Shown: positions 48,768 to 58,317 of the stretch, one piece after another | Layout: the number at the start of each line of letters is the position of its first letter | How positions within the stretch are numbered: the stretch's first letter is position 1 | Source: an uncultured Flavobacterium sp. | GTDB lineage: Bacteria; Bacteroidota; Bacteroidia; B-17B0; Aurantibacillaceae | DNA: 64,000 nucleotides | Assembly: GCA_964541155.1 (NCBI GenBank) | Contig: CAZIPC010000002.1 | Coordinates: 71,919-135,918 of the forward strand | Direction: 5' to 3' | Translations under genes and position numbers: made by a program | Notes under the pieces: generated by a model | What the model was told of the DNA's origin: nothing | The model's input: only the letters and a program-made list of their open reading frames with translations | The model's database searches: none

Positions 48768-50069
48768 ATGAAAAAAACTTTACTCTCTTCAATGTTAATG
48801 GTTGCTTTTTTTGCGAATGCGCAAAACAGAGCTGCAATTAAAAACACTTGCCCAGAATCTGTGTCTTCTTTCAAAAAGGTGAGCGTTGCTTCTTTCAAAA
48901 AAACAAACCAGATGGCTTCTAATAAAAGAACAGCTTCTACTGGATCTGCTTGGTTTAATAAAATTGATTTTAACGAATATGTAAATCCAGGATTACAAAC
49001 ATTTAGTGTTATGCACGTGTTTCCAGATTCTGCAATTACATTAGGATACACTTCTACCGGTACTGCTGTAGAACCATTTATTCATAAAGCTGCCAACTAT
49101 ATGGATCCAAGCTTTATGGCACAACAAAACATTATCACTAATAAATTTGCAACTTATACGTTAGATTCTATTTCAATTGGTTATTTATATGAAAGAAATA
49201 CTGGAGCTTCTAATACTACTGCGGATTCTTTAATTGTTCAAGTTATAGCTGAAAATCACGCATTAGATTACTCATTAACAGATTTTCCTTACCAAGATAT
49301 TGAGTTCAACTTTGCAACTCAAAACTTAAAATCTACAATGACCGTATTAAAACGATTATCTATTCCATTAACTTTTGCAGATACTTGTTCTGGTGGAGTT
49401 TATAAACAAATTTTAGCAGCTACTCCGGGTATAGCAGCACAAACTAACTCAAAAAAAATTGGTGTGGTTGTTTCTTTTAAACCAGGATACACATACACGC
49501 CAAGCGATATTTTAATTAGCGATGCAACACACACAGCAAATAAAAATATTTTTTATATACTAAGCTCTGAAGAAAACGGAGATGGTTCTGGTGCAGGAAC
49601 AGACCCAACTATTTTAGGTGTTCCAGGAGATTATACATCAAATATGAACATGTCTTATGTTTTAAATACTTCTGTAAGATATAATATTAATGCAAATGGA
49701 TGGAATGGTTATTTTTTACCAACTTACGCTTTTACAACAGCTTTTTCTTTTGAAGATCACGATATTGGTTATAAATTATCTGTTTCAAACGTTGGGGTTA
49801 ATGAACTTGAATCTAATGGCTTTGCATTAAACCAAAATCAACCAAACCCTTTCTCTAAAGAATCTGTTGTGAACTACAGCTTATCTAAAGATGTTAATTC
49901 TGCTGTATTTAGCATTACTGATGTAACTGGGCGAATTATTTCTTCTGAAAAAGTAAATACAACTCAAGGAAACCACTCTATTAAATTAGGTTCTTTTGCT
50001 GCTGGTTTATATTATTATTCTTTAAATATTGATGGTAAATCAATTACTAAAAAAATGATTGTGGAATAA
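48768..50069 (+). CDS. secreted protein of unknown function with T9SS type A C-terminal sorting domain
   Basis: Signal peptide MKKTLLSSMLMVAFFANAQ. C-terminal block of about 85 aa, QNQPNPFSKESVVNY...AGLYYYSLNIDGKSITKKMIVE, typical of Por_Secre_tail. Confidence 0.75.
   Translation: MKKTLLSSMLMVAFFANAQNRAAIKNTCPESVSSFKKVSVASFKKTNQMASNKRTASTGSAWFNKIDFNEYVNPGLQTFSVMHVFPDSAITLGYTSTGTAVEPFIHKAANYMDPSFMAQQNIITNKFATYTLDSISIGYLYERNTGASNTTADSLIVQVIAENHALDYSLTDFPYQDIEFNFATQNLKSTMTVLKRLSIPLTFADTCSGGVYKQILAATPGIAAQTNSKKIGVVVSFKPGYTYTPSDILISDATHTANKNIFYILSSEENGDGSGAGTDPTILGVPGDYTSNMNMSYVLNTSVRYNINANGWNGYFLPTYAFTTAFSFEDHDIGYKLSVSNVGVNELESNGFALNQNQPNPFSKESVVNYSLSKDVNSAVFSITDVTGRIISSEKVNTTQGNHSIKLGSFAAGLYYYSLNIDGKSITKKMIVE
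49800..50066 (+). repeat. copy 1 of the duplicated CTD-coding segment (pairs with 51237..51503)
   Basis: The last 89 codons of the two tandem paralogs align without gaps. 65 of 89 residues are identical by hand count. Confidence 0.8.
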
Positions 50070-50095
50070 TTTTATAGATTATTTTATTTTTTAAC

Positions 50096-50128
50096 AAAAA
50101 ACGGCCTAAATATTAGGTCGTTTTTTTT
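50096..50128 (+). terminator. rho-independent terminator after the first paralog
   Basis: AACGGCCTAA / TTAGGTCGTT stem with one G-U pair and a 3-nt loop, followed by 8 T. Confidence 0.7.
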
Positions 50129-50149
50129 GTGTTTATGTTAACCGAATGT

Positions 50150-50157
50150 TACATTTG
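50150..50157 (+). promoter_or_regulatory. -7 box TACATTTG upstream of the second paralog
   Basis: 29 nt upstream of ATG 50187. Confidence 0.45.
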
Positions 50158-50186
50158 TTTAAACATTAATTATTAAAATCATAGAC

Positions 50187-51506
50187 ATGAAAAAAATTTA
50201 CTTAACAATGGCTGGTTTAATTTCTTTTGGCGCTATTAATAGCCAAACAGCAATTTCTCCTTACAAACCAAACGCATCTCAAATTATTGCAAATCCTCAT
50301 TCTCGCGCAAACAATCATAATACTGTTAAAAGAACAGCAACAACTGTGCATGTCTCTGGATCTGTTTTTGCTGCAAATGTAATTTCATTAAACAATTACC
50401 AATCTGGTAATGAATATAACATTTATGCTAATCCTGTTTTTATGGATTCTACTGTAAAATCATCAAGCTCTGCAGGAACTAGTAATGTTTCTAATATAAA
50501 AGCAGGGGCTATATTTGACCCAACTTCTGTATACTGGAACGGCCTGGGAACTTCTTTTTTAAGTTCAGCAGATGCCTACACTGTAGATTCTTTATGGTTG
50601 GGTATTGGTTACAGCCAAGTTCCTTCTTCTTATTCTGTTACAGATACCTTAATTGTTGAAATGGCTTGGGGTCTTCCTACAAACACTGGTGTTTTTCAAG
50701 CGTTATCAATTTCTTCAACAACTCCAGCGATGTCTTTCAGAACTCCTAAAATTAATTCAAGTACTTCACACGGAAACGTATCATTTTTTACAGCTCCAGC
50801 TTCTAATTACAGAATGTTTAAAGTTGCTTTAACAAGCGCAGATACAGTTGGCGGTATTCATGATGTTGCAAACAATGGTTACGTTATTATTCCAGGTGTT
50901 AATCAAAGCGTTCCTGCTGGAAACATTGTAACTGTTGCTTATACCTATAAACCAGGTTCTACTGTAGCTGCAGGAAGTATTATTCAACAATATACAGGAG
51001 GTGTTGCTCAAACAGCAAACGGAATTATTGGTTATTTATATTCAGATCCAGCTTCAACTAGTAACTATCATTTTTATGATGTTTCTTCTTATTCTGGTGG
51101 CGCTGATTATATTAAAAAACAACGCTATGGTATGTTTTCAGGCGCACAAGCTTTTTTAAACTCTTGTGCTTTACCTAATACAGAAGGTGGTTGGGATATT
51201 GGTTTTTCGGTTACAGGAAACTCAACAGTTGGGCTGAATGAATTAAATCAAAATGGTTTTGTTTTAGGACAAAATATTCCTAATCCTTTTTCTAAAGAAT
51301 CTGTTGTAAACTACAACTTATTTAAAGATGTTAATTCTGCAGTATTTACTGTAACAGACATTATGGGCCGTGTTGTTTCTACTGAAAAAGTTGAAACAAC
51401 TACAGGATCTCATGCTGTTAAATTAGGAGCTTACGCTGCAGGCGTATATTATTATTCTTTAAATATTGATGGTAATGTTATTACTAAGAAAATGATTGTA
51501 GAATAA
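50187..51506 (+). CDS. secreted protein of unknown function with T9SS type A C-terminal sorting domain (paralog of 48768..50069)
   Basis: Signal peptide. Shared internal blocks (YTVDSLWLGIGY vs YTLDSISIGYLY; DTLIVEM vs DSLIVQV). Near-identical CTD. Confidence 0.75.
   Translation: MKKIYLTMAGLISFGAINSQTAISPYKPNASQIIANPHSRANNHNTVKRTATTVHVSGSVFAANVISLNNYQSGNEYNIYANPVFMDSTVKSSSSAGTSNVSNIKAGAIFDPTSVYWNGLGTSFLSSADAYTVDSLWLGIGYSQVPSSYSVTDTLIVEMAWGLPTNTGVFQALSISSTTPAMSFRTPKINSSTSHGNVSFFTAPASNYRMFKVALTSADTVGGIHDVANNGYVIIPGVNQSVPAGNIVTVAYTYKPGSTVAAGSIIQQYTGGVAQTANGIIGYLYSDPASTSNYHFYDVSSYSGGADYIKKQRYGMFSGAQAFLNSCALPNTEGGWDIGFSVTGNSTVGLNELNQNGFVLGQNIPNPFSKESVVNYNLFKDVNSAVFTVTDIMGRVVSTEKVETTTGSHAVKLGAYAAGVYYYSLNIDGNVITKKMIVE
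51237..51503 (+). repeat. copy 2 of the duplicated CTD-coding segment
   Basis: See 49800..50066. Confidence 0.8.
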
Positions 51507-51525
51507 TTTATTTTTTATTATCAAT

Positions 51526-51559
51526 AAAAAAACCGACTACAGTTGTAGTCGGTTTTTTT
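51526..51559. terminator. bidirectional rho-independent terminator
   Basis: AAAAACCGACTAC / GTAGTCGGTTTTT stem with a 4-nt loop, between convergent genes. Confidence 0.75.
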
Positions 51560-51569
51560 ATGCAATTTA

Positions 51570-54500
51570 CTAAAGCATACTAGATATTTTTTGTAATACT
51601 AAAATAGCCTCATCAACACTTTTAATGTTTTCTAAAGTGAGCCATAATTTGTTGTTTTGTTCTTTTAAAAAGCTTTGTTTTGGTGTTTTTTGAGCATATA
51701 ACAAGGCGGCCTTAAACATTGATGAATTATAATAATCACTATCTTGTTTGCTCAAAAAATAAGCCAACATTTTATTATTTTTTAGTGTAATTTTCTCAAA
51801 CCCTAAAGTCATAGCCAACCAACGCATTCGCACCACATTAATTAATTCTAATACCTCAATTGGCAAAGGTCCAAATCGATCTCTTAAATGTTCTTGAAAT
51901 TTAATTAGTTCTTCTTCTTTAGTAATATTATCTAACTCGCGATACAACATCAGTCGCTCTGTAAGATTGCTAACATAAGAATCTGGTATTAATAATTGTA
52001 AATCAGTATCTACTACAGTATCCTTAACAAACTGACGAGAAAAAACAGACTTGTCTGTGCTAACGTTATCTTTTTCATCCACTACTTGTTTATACCAATC
52101 TTCTTGTTTTAGTTCTTCTATGGCTTCGTTTAAAATTTTCATATATGTATCAAACCCCATATCATTAATAAAACCACTTTGTTCACCTCCTAATAAATTT
52201 CCAGCACCTCGAATATCTAAATCTCTCATTGCAATTTGAAAACCACTTCCTAAATCACTAAACTCAACAATAGCATGCAAGCGTTTGCGAGCTTCTGAAG
52301 TTAAATTAATAAATGGGGGTGTTAATAAATAACAAAAAGCTTTTTTATTACTACGCCCTACTCTACCGCGCATTTGATGCAAGTCGCTTAAACCAAAATT
52401 TTGAGAATCATTAATAATTATTGTATTAGCATTGCTAATATCTAATCCAGACTCAATTATTGTTGTAGCAACTAAAATATCATATTCTCCCTCAATAAAA
52501 CTTAGCATGACTTCTTCTAGTTTATCGCCATCCATTTGCCCATGACCAACAGCCACTCTTGCTTCTGGCACTAAGCGCTGAATAATTCCGGCTACTTCTT
52601 GAATATTTTGAACTTTATTATGAACAAAATAAACCTGTCCTCCTCTATTTAATTCATGCGAAACAGCATCTCTAATAGCCTCTTCGCTAAACGTAATAAG
52701 CTCAGTTTGTACAGGATATCTATTTGCTGGAGGTGTTGAAATAACCGATAAATCACGCGCCCCCATTAAACTAAATTGTAATGTTCTTGGTATTGGTGTG
52801 GCGGTTAATGTAAGCGTATCTACAGTTGTTTTAAATGTTTTAAGTTTATCTTTAATTCCTACACCAAACTTCTGTTCCTCATCTATAATTAATAATCCTA
52901 AATCTTTAAATTTTACGTCTTTTCCTACTATTTTATGCGTTCCTATTAAAATATCTATTTTACCTTCTATTGTTTTTGAAATAATTTCTTTTACTTCCTT
53001 TGTGCTTCTAAAACGATTAATAAAACTAATGTTACAAGGCAGATCTTTTAATCTCTCTTTAAATGTTTTATAGTGTTGATATGCTAGAATAGTTGTGGGA
53101 ACCAAAACCGCAACTTGTTTACTATCACAAACTGCTTTAAACGCAGCGCGAATAGCAATTTCGGTTTTACCAAAACCAACATCTCCACAAACCAATCTAT
53201 CCATTGGGTGAGGCTTTTCCATATCGCGTTTTACATCTGCAGTAACTTTTATTTGGTCTGGTGTGTCTTCATAAATAAAAGAAGCTTCTAATTCGTGTTG
53301 TAGATAATTATCAATAGGGTAACGGTGTCCGGGCTGCGCTTTTCGTTTTGCATATAGTTTAATTAAATCATAAGCTACTTCCTTAACGTTTTTCTTTGTT
53401 TTTTGTTTTAAGGTACTCCAGGTTGTTGATCCTATCTTATCAATGCGAGGCGCGTTTCCTTCTTTACCTGTATATTTGCTAATACGATGTAAACTATGAA
53501 TACTTACATATAAAAAATCATTGTCTTTATATACCAACTTCACAGCTTCTTGTTCTTTGCCATTAGCGTTAATTTTTACTAGTCCGCCAAATCTTCCAAT
53601 TCCGTGGTCAATATGAGTAACAAAATCACCAGGATTAAGTGATAAAATTTCTTTTAAAGTTAATGATTCTGCTGTTTTATAGCGCGTTTCTTTTAAATGA
53701 AATCTATGATATCGTTCAAATATTTGATGGTCTGTATAACAAGCTATTTTTAAATCATGATCAACAAAGCCTTCGTGAATGTTAATATTCGTATGCTCAA
53801 TTAAACTATCTGCCGTACGGTGCTCTTTAGATAATATATCATTAAAAATAGTATTTAGTCTCTCGGCTTGTTTAGTGTTATCTGTTGTTAAATAATTTTT
53901 ATACCCTTTAGCTTTATTTGCTTTAAGGTCATTGATTAACATTTCAAAATTTTTACTAAAAGTTGGTTGTATGCTTTGATTAAACGTTAGTTCCTGCGAA
54001 GCAATGTGTTTATAAACACCGTATTCTATTAAATTAAAAGATTTTATAAATTCTATAAATTCATCTCCTTTAATATATAATTCTTGGGGAGGCAATTGCT
54101 GAACGGTATTAGATAAATTTGTAAAAGCTTTTTCTGTTTTTTCAAATAGCTTATCAATGGAGTCTTTTGTAAATAAAACATCATCAAAACAAATTATTGT
54201 GTCCTTTGAAAGGTAATCAAATATGGGCTGTCGAATTTCTATTAGTTGATTTGATTGAATGTCTGGAATAATAGTTACAAAATCATAATTATGATTTGAT
54301 AATTGAGAAGCGGGATCAAATGTTTTTATCGCCTCAACATCGTTTCCAAATAACTCTATACGATATGGCAACTCATGAGCAAAAGAATACACGTCTATAA
54401 TTCCTCCACGAATCGCATACTGACCTGGTTCTGAAACAAAATCACATTGCTCAAAATCATAGCTTATTAAAAACTCTTCTATAAAATCAATACTTAGTTT

Positions 54501-54923
54501 TTCTCCTTTTTTAATTACAAGCGTGTTATTATTTAAACTAGATTTAGAAGCAACTTTTTCGGCTAAAGCCGAAGCATAAGTAACTACAATACCAGAATAA
54601 TTTTCTTTACTTAATTGGCTTAGTGTTTCTGCTCTTTCTTGAACAGACGCGTTACTTGTTTTTTCTTCTTTATAAGGTACCTTATAACTCTCTGGAAAAT
54701 AATTAAGATGTTTTTCGGGAAGCAACGCTTGCAAATCATTTAAAATATATGCTGCTTTTTCTTTATCATTACAAACAATGAAAAAATTAAAAGCTGTGTT
54801 TTGAAACAAATCATTTATTAAAAAGGCAAAAGAGCTCCCTCGTAAACCAGATATAAATACATTTGTATTAAGATTTACTTGCTTTTGTTTTAATTCTTCC
54901 CAAAACTTGCCGTTCCACCACAT
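51570..54923 (-). CDS. mfd: transcription-repair coupling factor Mfd
   Basis: 1117 aa. CarD/TRCF RNAP-interacting region and superfamily-2 helicase motifs (GDVGFGKTE, DEEQKFG, TATPIPRT, QMRGRVGRS). Confidence 0.95.
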   Translation of the reverse strand: MWWNGKFWEELKQKQVNLNTNVFISGLRGSSFAFLINDLFQNTAFNFFIVCNDKEKAAYILNDLQALLPEKHLNYFPESYKVPYKEEKTSNASVQERAETLSQLSKENYSGIVVTYASALAEKVASKSSLNNNTLVIKKGEKLSIDFIEEFLISYDFEQCDFVSEPGQYAIRGGIIDVYSFAHELPYRIELFGNDVEAIKTFDPASQLSNHNYDFVTIIPDIQSNQLIEIRQPIFDYLSKDTIICFDDVLFTKDSIDKLFEKTEKAFTNLSNTVQQLPPQELYIKGDEFIEFIKSFNLIEYGVYKHIASQELTFNQSIQPTFSKNFEMLINDLKANKAKGYKNYLTTDNTKQAERLNTIFNDILSKEHRTADSLIEHTNINIHEGFVDHDLKIACYTDHQIFERYHRFHLKETRYKTAESLTLKEILSLNPGDFVTHIDHGIGRFGGLVKINANGKEQEAVKLVYKDNDFLYVSIHSLHRISKYTGKEGNAPRIDKIGSTTWSTLKQKTKKNVKEVAYDLIKLYAKRKAQPGHRYPIDNYLQHELEASFIYEDTPDQIKVTADVKRDMEKPHPMDRLVCGDVGFGKTEIAIRAAFKAVCDSKQVAVLVPTTILAYQHYKTFKERLKDLPCNISFINRFRSTKEVKEIISKTIEGKIDILIGTHKIVGKDVKFKDLGLLIIDEEQKFGVGIKDKLKTFKTTVDTLTLTATPIPRTLQFSLMGARDLSVISTPPANRYPVQTELITFSEEAIRDAVSHELNRGGQVYFVHNKVQNIQEVAGIIQRLVPEARVAVGHGQMDGDKLEEVMLSFIEGEYDILVATTIIESGLDISNANTIIINDSQNFGLSDLHQMRGRVGRSNKKAFCYLLTPPFINLTSEARKRLHAIVEFSDLGSGFQIAMRDLDIRGAGNLLGGEQSGFINDMGFDTYMKILNEAIEELKQEDWYKQVVDEKDNVSTDKSVFSRQFVKDTVVDTDLQLLIPDSYVSNLTERLMLYRELDNITKEEELIKFQEHLRDRFGPLPIEVLELINVVRMRWLAMTLGFEKITLKNNKMLAYFLSKQDSDYYNSSMFKAALLYAQKTPKQSFLKEQNNKLWLTLENIKSVDEAILVLQKISSML

Positions 54924-54992
54924 AAGGGCACAAAAATAAGAAACTAAACTGTAATTTTATGATGCGTTTGTTTTTTGTTGTATTTTTAAACC

Positions 54993-56027
54993 ATGAAAAC
55001 GCTTTATCTAATTATTATTTTGCTTTTTAACAGTGTGATTTATACACAAGCACAGTTAAATAAAAAAATTAACGCTTTGTTTTTAGGAAACAGCTACACC
55101 TATGTAAACAATCTTCCTCAATTAATAAAAGATATTGCTTTGGCAAACGGAGACACCCTTATCTTTGATACCAATTGTCCTGGCGGTTATACTTTTCAAA
55201 ATCATTCTTTAGACGCAAATAGTATCGGAAAGATAAACTCTCAACCCTGGGATTGTGTTATTTTACAAGCACAAAGTCAAGAACCTTCTTTTTCTCCATG
55301 GCAAGTTTCTGCTCAAACATTGCCATATGCTATTAAGCTTGATAGTATTATTAAAAACAATAATAATTGTACTCAAACACTATTTTTTGAAACATGGGGA
55401 AGAAAAAATGGTGATGCGTCTAACTGCCCTTCATATCCACCTATTTGCACATATAGCGGCATGCAAAACAGATTAAGGGCTTCGTATAAATTATTTGCAG
55501 ATACCACCCACTCAATAATGGCTCCTGCGGGAGAGGCTTGGAGAAAATCTATTGCTTTGAATCCATCATTAGAATTATACTCCCCAGATGAAAGCCACCC
55601 ATCTATAGAAGGGTCGTACTTAACAGCTTGTGTATTCTATGAAATACTTTTTCATAAAAGTGTATTAAATAACGTTTATACATCTGGAATATCATCTATA
55701 AACTCAGGCTTCTTACAACAAATAGCACACGATGTGTTTAATGATAGTTTATTGGTTTGGAATATTGGTAGATTTAATCCATGTAACACTACAGGATTAA
55801 ACTCATTGTATTCTCAAAAAAATATCATATTATTTCCAAACCCACCACAAAACATATTACACTCCAACACAAACTCTTATTATAAAATATACGATGTTTT
55901 TGGGACCCTTTGTTTATCAGGAGATAAGAGCAACACTATTAATATTGAATTATTAAATAATGGGGTATATTTTATTGAATTATATGATTTAAATTCAATA
56001 AAAAGAATGAGATTTATTAAAAAATAA
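54993..56027 (+). CDS. secreted SGNH/DUF4886-like protein with T9SS type A C-terminal sorting domain
   Basis: Signal peptide. LFLGNSYTYVNNLP block resembling SGNH block I. C-terminal LFPNP...YKIYDVFG...GVYFIELYD... tail. Confidence 0.55.
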   Translation: MKTLYLIIILLFNSVIYTQAQLNKKINALFLGNSYTYVNNLPQLIKDIALANGDTLIFDTNCPGGYTFQNHSLDANSIGKINSQPWDCVILQAQSQEPSFSPWQVSAQTLPYAIKLDSIIKNNNNCTQTLFFETWGRKNGDASNCPSYPPICTYSGMQNRLRASYKLFADTTHSIMAPAGEAWRKSIALNPSLELYSPDESHPSIEGSYLTACVFYEILFHKSVLNNVYTSGISSINSGFLQQIAHDVFNDSLLVWNIGRFNPCNTTGLNSLYSQKNIILFPNPPQNILHSNTNSYYKIYDVFGTLCLSGDKSNTINIELLNNGVYFIELYDLNSIKRMRFIKK

Positions 56028-56044
56028 TAATAGTTGTTTAATCA

Positions 56045-56074
56045 AAAAAGCCAAAAGAAATCTTTTGGCTTTTT
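56045..56074. terminator. bidirectional rho-independent terminator
   Basis: GCCAAAAG / CTTTTGGC stem with a 4-nt loop, flanked by an A-run and a T-run, between convergent genes. Confidence 0.7.
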
Positions 56075-56098
56075 AATTTTTATGTAACTAAACATTAT

Positions 56099-57496
56099 TT
56101 ATTTTAAACTACCAATCATGTCTTCTGGACGAACCCATTGATCAAACTGTTCATTGGTTACATATCCTAACTCAATAGCTGCTTCACGCAACGTTTTGTT
56201 TGATTTGTGTGCTGTTTTGGCTATTTTAGCGGCCTTTTCATATCCAATATGAGTATTTAAAGCAGTAACCAGCATTAAAGAATTCTCTAAATGTTTCTTA
56301 ATTTCTGGTAAATTAGCAGTAATACCGTCACTACATTTCTCTGTAAACGATACACAAGCATCTCCAATTAAACGGGCAGATTGCAAAACGTTAGCTGCAA
56401 TTAATGGTTTAAATACATTTAATTCAAAATGCCCATTTAAACCCCCAACAGAAGCTGCCACATCATTTCCGATAACTTGAGCACAAACCATTGTTAACGC
56501 TTCTGGTTGTGTTGGGTTTACTTTTCCTGGCATAATAGATGACCCTGGCTCGTTGTCTGGAATAATAATCTCGCCTATTCCACAACGCGGCCCAGAAGAC
56601 AACATACGAATATCATTAGCTATTTTAAATAAAGCAACAGCGCTGCGCTTCAATGCTCCGCTTAATTCAATCATAGCATCATGTGCGGCCAATGCCTCAA
56701 ATTTATTGGTAGCTGTAACAAACGGTAATCCTGTTAATTCAGCAATTTTTTTAGCCACCAATACATCGTATCCTTTTGGTGTATTTAATCCTGTCCCAAC
56801 TGCTGTACCACCTAAAGCCAATTCTTTAACCGCCTCTAAAGCATTTTTCAATGCGCGAATACTCATATTAATTTGTTGTACATACCCACTAAATTCTTGT
56901 CCTAAAGATAAAGGTGTTGCGTCCATAAAATGAGTACGACCCGTTTTAATAATCGCATCAAATTCTTTTACCTTTTTTGATAAAGAATCACGCAACTTTT
57001 CCATTCCTGGAATTGTAATTTCCACCACTTGTTTATATGCTGCAATGTGCATAGCTGTTGGGTATGTATCGTTTGAAGATTGTGATTTATTCACATCGTC
57101 ATTTGGATGTAAAACCTTAGGCTCGTCAGTTAATTTTCCTCCATTCAAAACATGCGCACGATATGCAATTACCTCATTGGCATTCATGTTGCTTTGGGTT
57201 CCTGAGCCTGTTTGCCATATCACTAAAGGAAATTGATCATCTAATTTATGAGCTAAAATTTCATCACAGGCTTTTGCAATTAAGTCACATTTTTCTTTTG
57301 ACAATACGCCTAACTCACAGTTTGCTAACGCGGCAGCCTTTTTAAGATAGCCAAATGCATATATAATTTCTTTTGGCATACTCGCTTCTGGGCCTATTTT
57401 AAAGTTGTTACGAGAGCGCTCTGTTTGTGCTCCCCAATAAACATGAGCGGGTACTTTTACCTCCCCCATTGTGTCTTTTTCTATTCTGAATTCCAT
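56099..57496 (-). CDS. fumC: class II fumarate hydratase
   Basis: 465 aa. Signature [13 protein letters not shown] and the typical N-terminus [16 protein letters not shown]. Confidence 0.95.
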   Translation of the reverse strand: MEFRIEKDTMGEVKVPAHVYWGAQTERSRNNFKIGPEASMPKEIIYAFGYLKKAAALANCELGVLSKEKCDLIAKACDEILAHKLDDQFPLVIWQTGSGTQSNMNANEVIAYRAHVLNGGKLTDEPKVLHPNDDVNKSQSSNDTYPTAMHIAAYKQVVEITIPGMEKLRDSLSKKVKEFDAIIKTGRTHFMDATPLSLGQEFSGYVQQINMSIRALKNALEAVKELALGGTAVGTGLNTPKGYDVLVAKKIAELTGLPFVTATNKFEALAAHDAMIELSGALKRSAVALFKIANDIRMLSSGPRCGIGEIIIPDNEPGSSIMPGKVNPTQPEALTMVCAQVIGNDVAASVGGLNGHFELNVFKPLIAANVLQSARLIGDACVSFTEKCSDGITANLPEIKKHLENSLMLVTALNTHIGYEKAAKIAKTAHKSNKTLREAAIELGYVTNEQFDQWVRPEDMIGSLK

Positions 57497-57653
57497 CTTG
57501 GTTTTTTTTGATGCACGAATGTAGTAAAAAATTGGAACGCAGGTGACGTAGATTATTAAGATTTTTGAAAGAGAAAAATCATGATTATCATATTATCTAT
57601 TAGTGTTATCTCTATTCGTTAAAATAAATTTTTCAAAATCAAAAAACAGTGTT

Positions 57654-57661
57654 TATATTTA
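57654..57661 (+). promoter_or_regulatory. -7-like box TATATTTA upstream of the TetR gene
   Basis: One mismatch to TAnnTTTG. It abuts operator copy 1. Confidence 0.3.
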
Positions 57662-57680
57662 TAGATTGATTAGTCAATCA
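57661..57680. promoter_or_regulatory. operator-like 20-bp motif, copy 1 (ATAGATTGATTAGTCAATCA)
   Basis: Contains the dyad TGATT-N4-AATCA (also GATTGA-N4-TCAATC). It ends 5 nt before the TTG start of the TetR gene. 19 of 20 bases match copy 2. Confidence 0.55.
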
Positions 57681-57685
57681 TTTTT

Positions 57686-58246
57686 TTGGATAAAAAAGAA
57701 GAAATATTAAAAACTGCCTTAAAACTCTTTGTAGAGAATGGGTTTCACGCAACACCAACTAGCAAAATTGCTAAAGAAGCCGGGGTGGCTAATGGCACAT
57801 TATTTCATTATTACAAAACCAAAGAAGAACTTATTTTAGCCCTATACGTCGACACAAAGAAACGACTCACAGAATACGTGTATTCTAACATTAGCAAAAA
57901 CGATTCTTTAAAATTAGTGTTTAAATCAATCTATACAAACACCATAGAATGGTCGCTTGAAAATAAGATGGGGTTTTGTTTCATTCAGCAATTTTCTACC
58001 TCACCATTTTATTCGTTAATCTCGCCCGAGGAAATAAGAAAGCAAGCTGAACCACACTTGGGCTTTTTACAAGAGGGAATTAAGGCGGCAGAATTAAAAC
58101 CTTTACCGGTTGATTTGCTTTATACGCTTATTAACAGTCACATAGCAGGTATTAATCAATACCTGTCATCTGGAGAGTTTTCAACAAACAAACAAAAGCA
58201 AATCATTAATGAGTCGTTTCAATTATTATGGGATATGATCGCCTAA
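57686..58246 (+). CDS. TetR/AcrR family transcriptional regulator
   Basis: N-terminal HTH (ILKTALKLFVENGFHATPTSKIAKEAGVANGTLFHYYKTKEEL). 186 aa. Confidence 0.85.
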   Translation: MDKKEEILKTALKLFVENGFHATPTSKIAKEAGVANGTLFHYYKTKEELILALYVDTKKRLTEYVYSNISKNDSLKLVFKSIYTNTIEWSLENKMGFCFIQQFSTSPFYSLISPEEIRKQAEPHLGFLQEGIKAAELKPLPVDLLYTLINSHIAGINQYLSSGEFSTNKQKQIINESFQLLWDMIA

Positions 58247-58262
58247 AAAAATTTATAACAAA

Positions 58263-58282
58263 ATAGACTGATTAGTCAATCA
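58263..58282. promoter_or_regulatory. operator-like 20-bp motif, copy 2 (ATAGACTGATTAGTCAATCA)
   Basis: Lies between the TetR stop and the SDR pseudogene start. Same dyad as copy 1. Confidence 0.55.
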
Positions 58283-58317
58283 ATTAATAATTTAAAAAAT
58301 CAATAAAAATAAAAATC

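Noticed and set aside
56553-56933. 126-aa antisense ORF inside fumC, plus similar 60-100-aa antisense ORFs at 2480-2755, 3413-3640, 6508-6750, 9009-9224, 10074-10334, 25226-25483, 36721-37011, 48761-49051 and 52798-53073
   Set aside because: All are fully embedded opposite strongly supported conserved genes, have low-complexity or odd composition, and lack independent signals.
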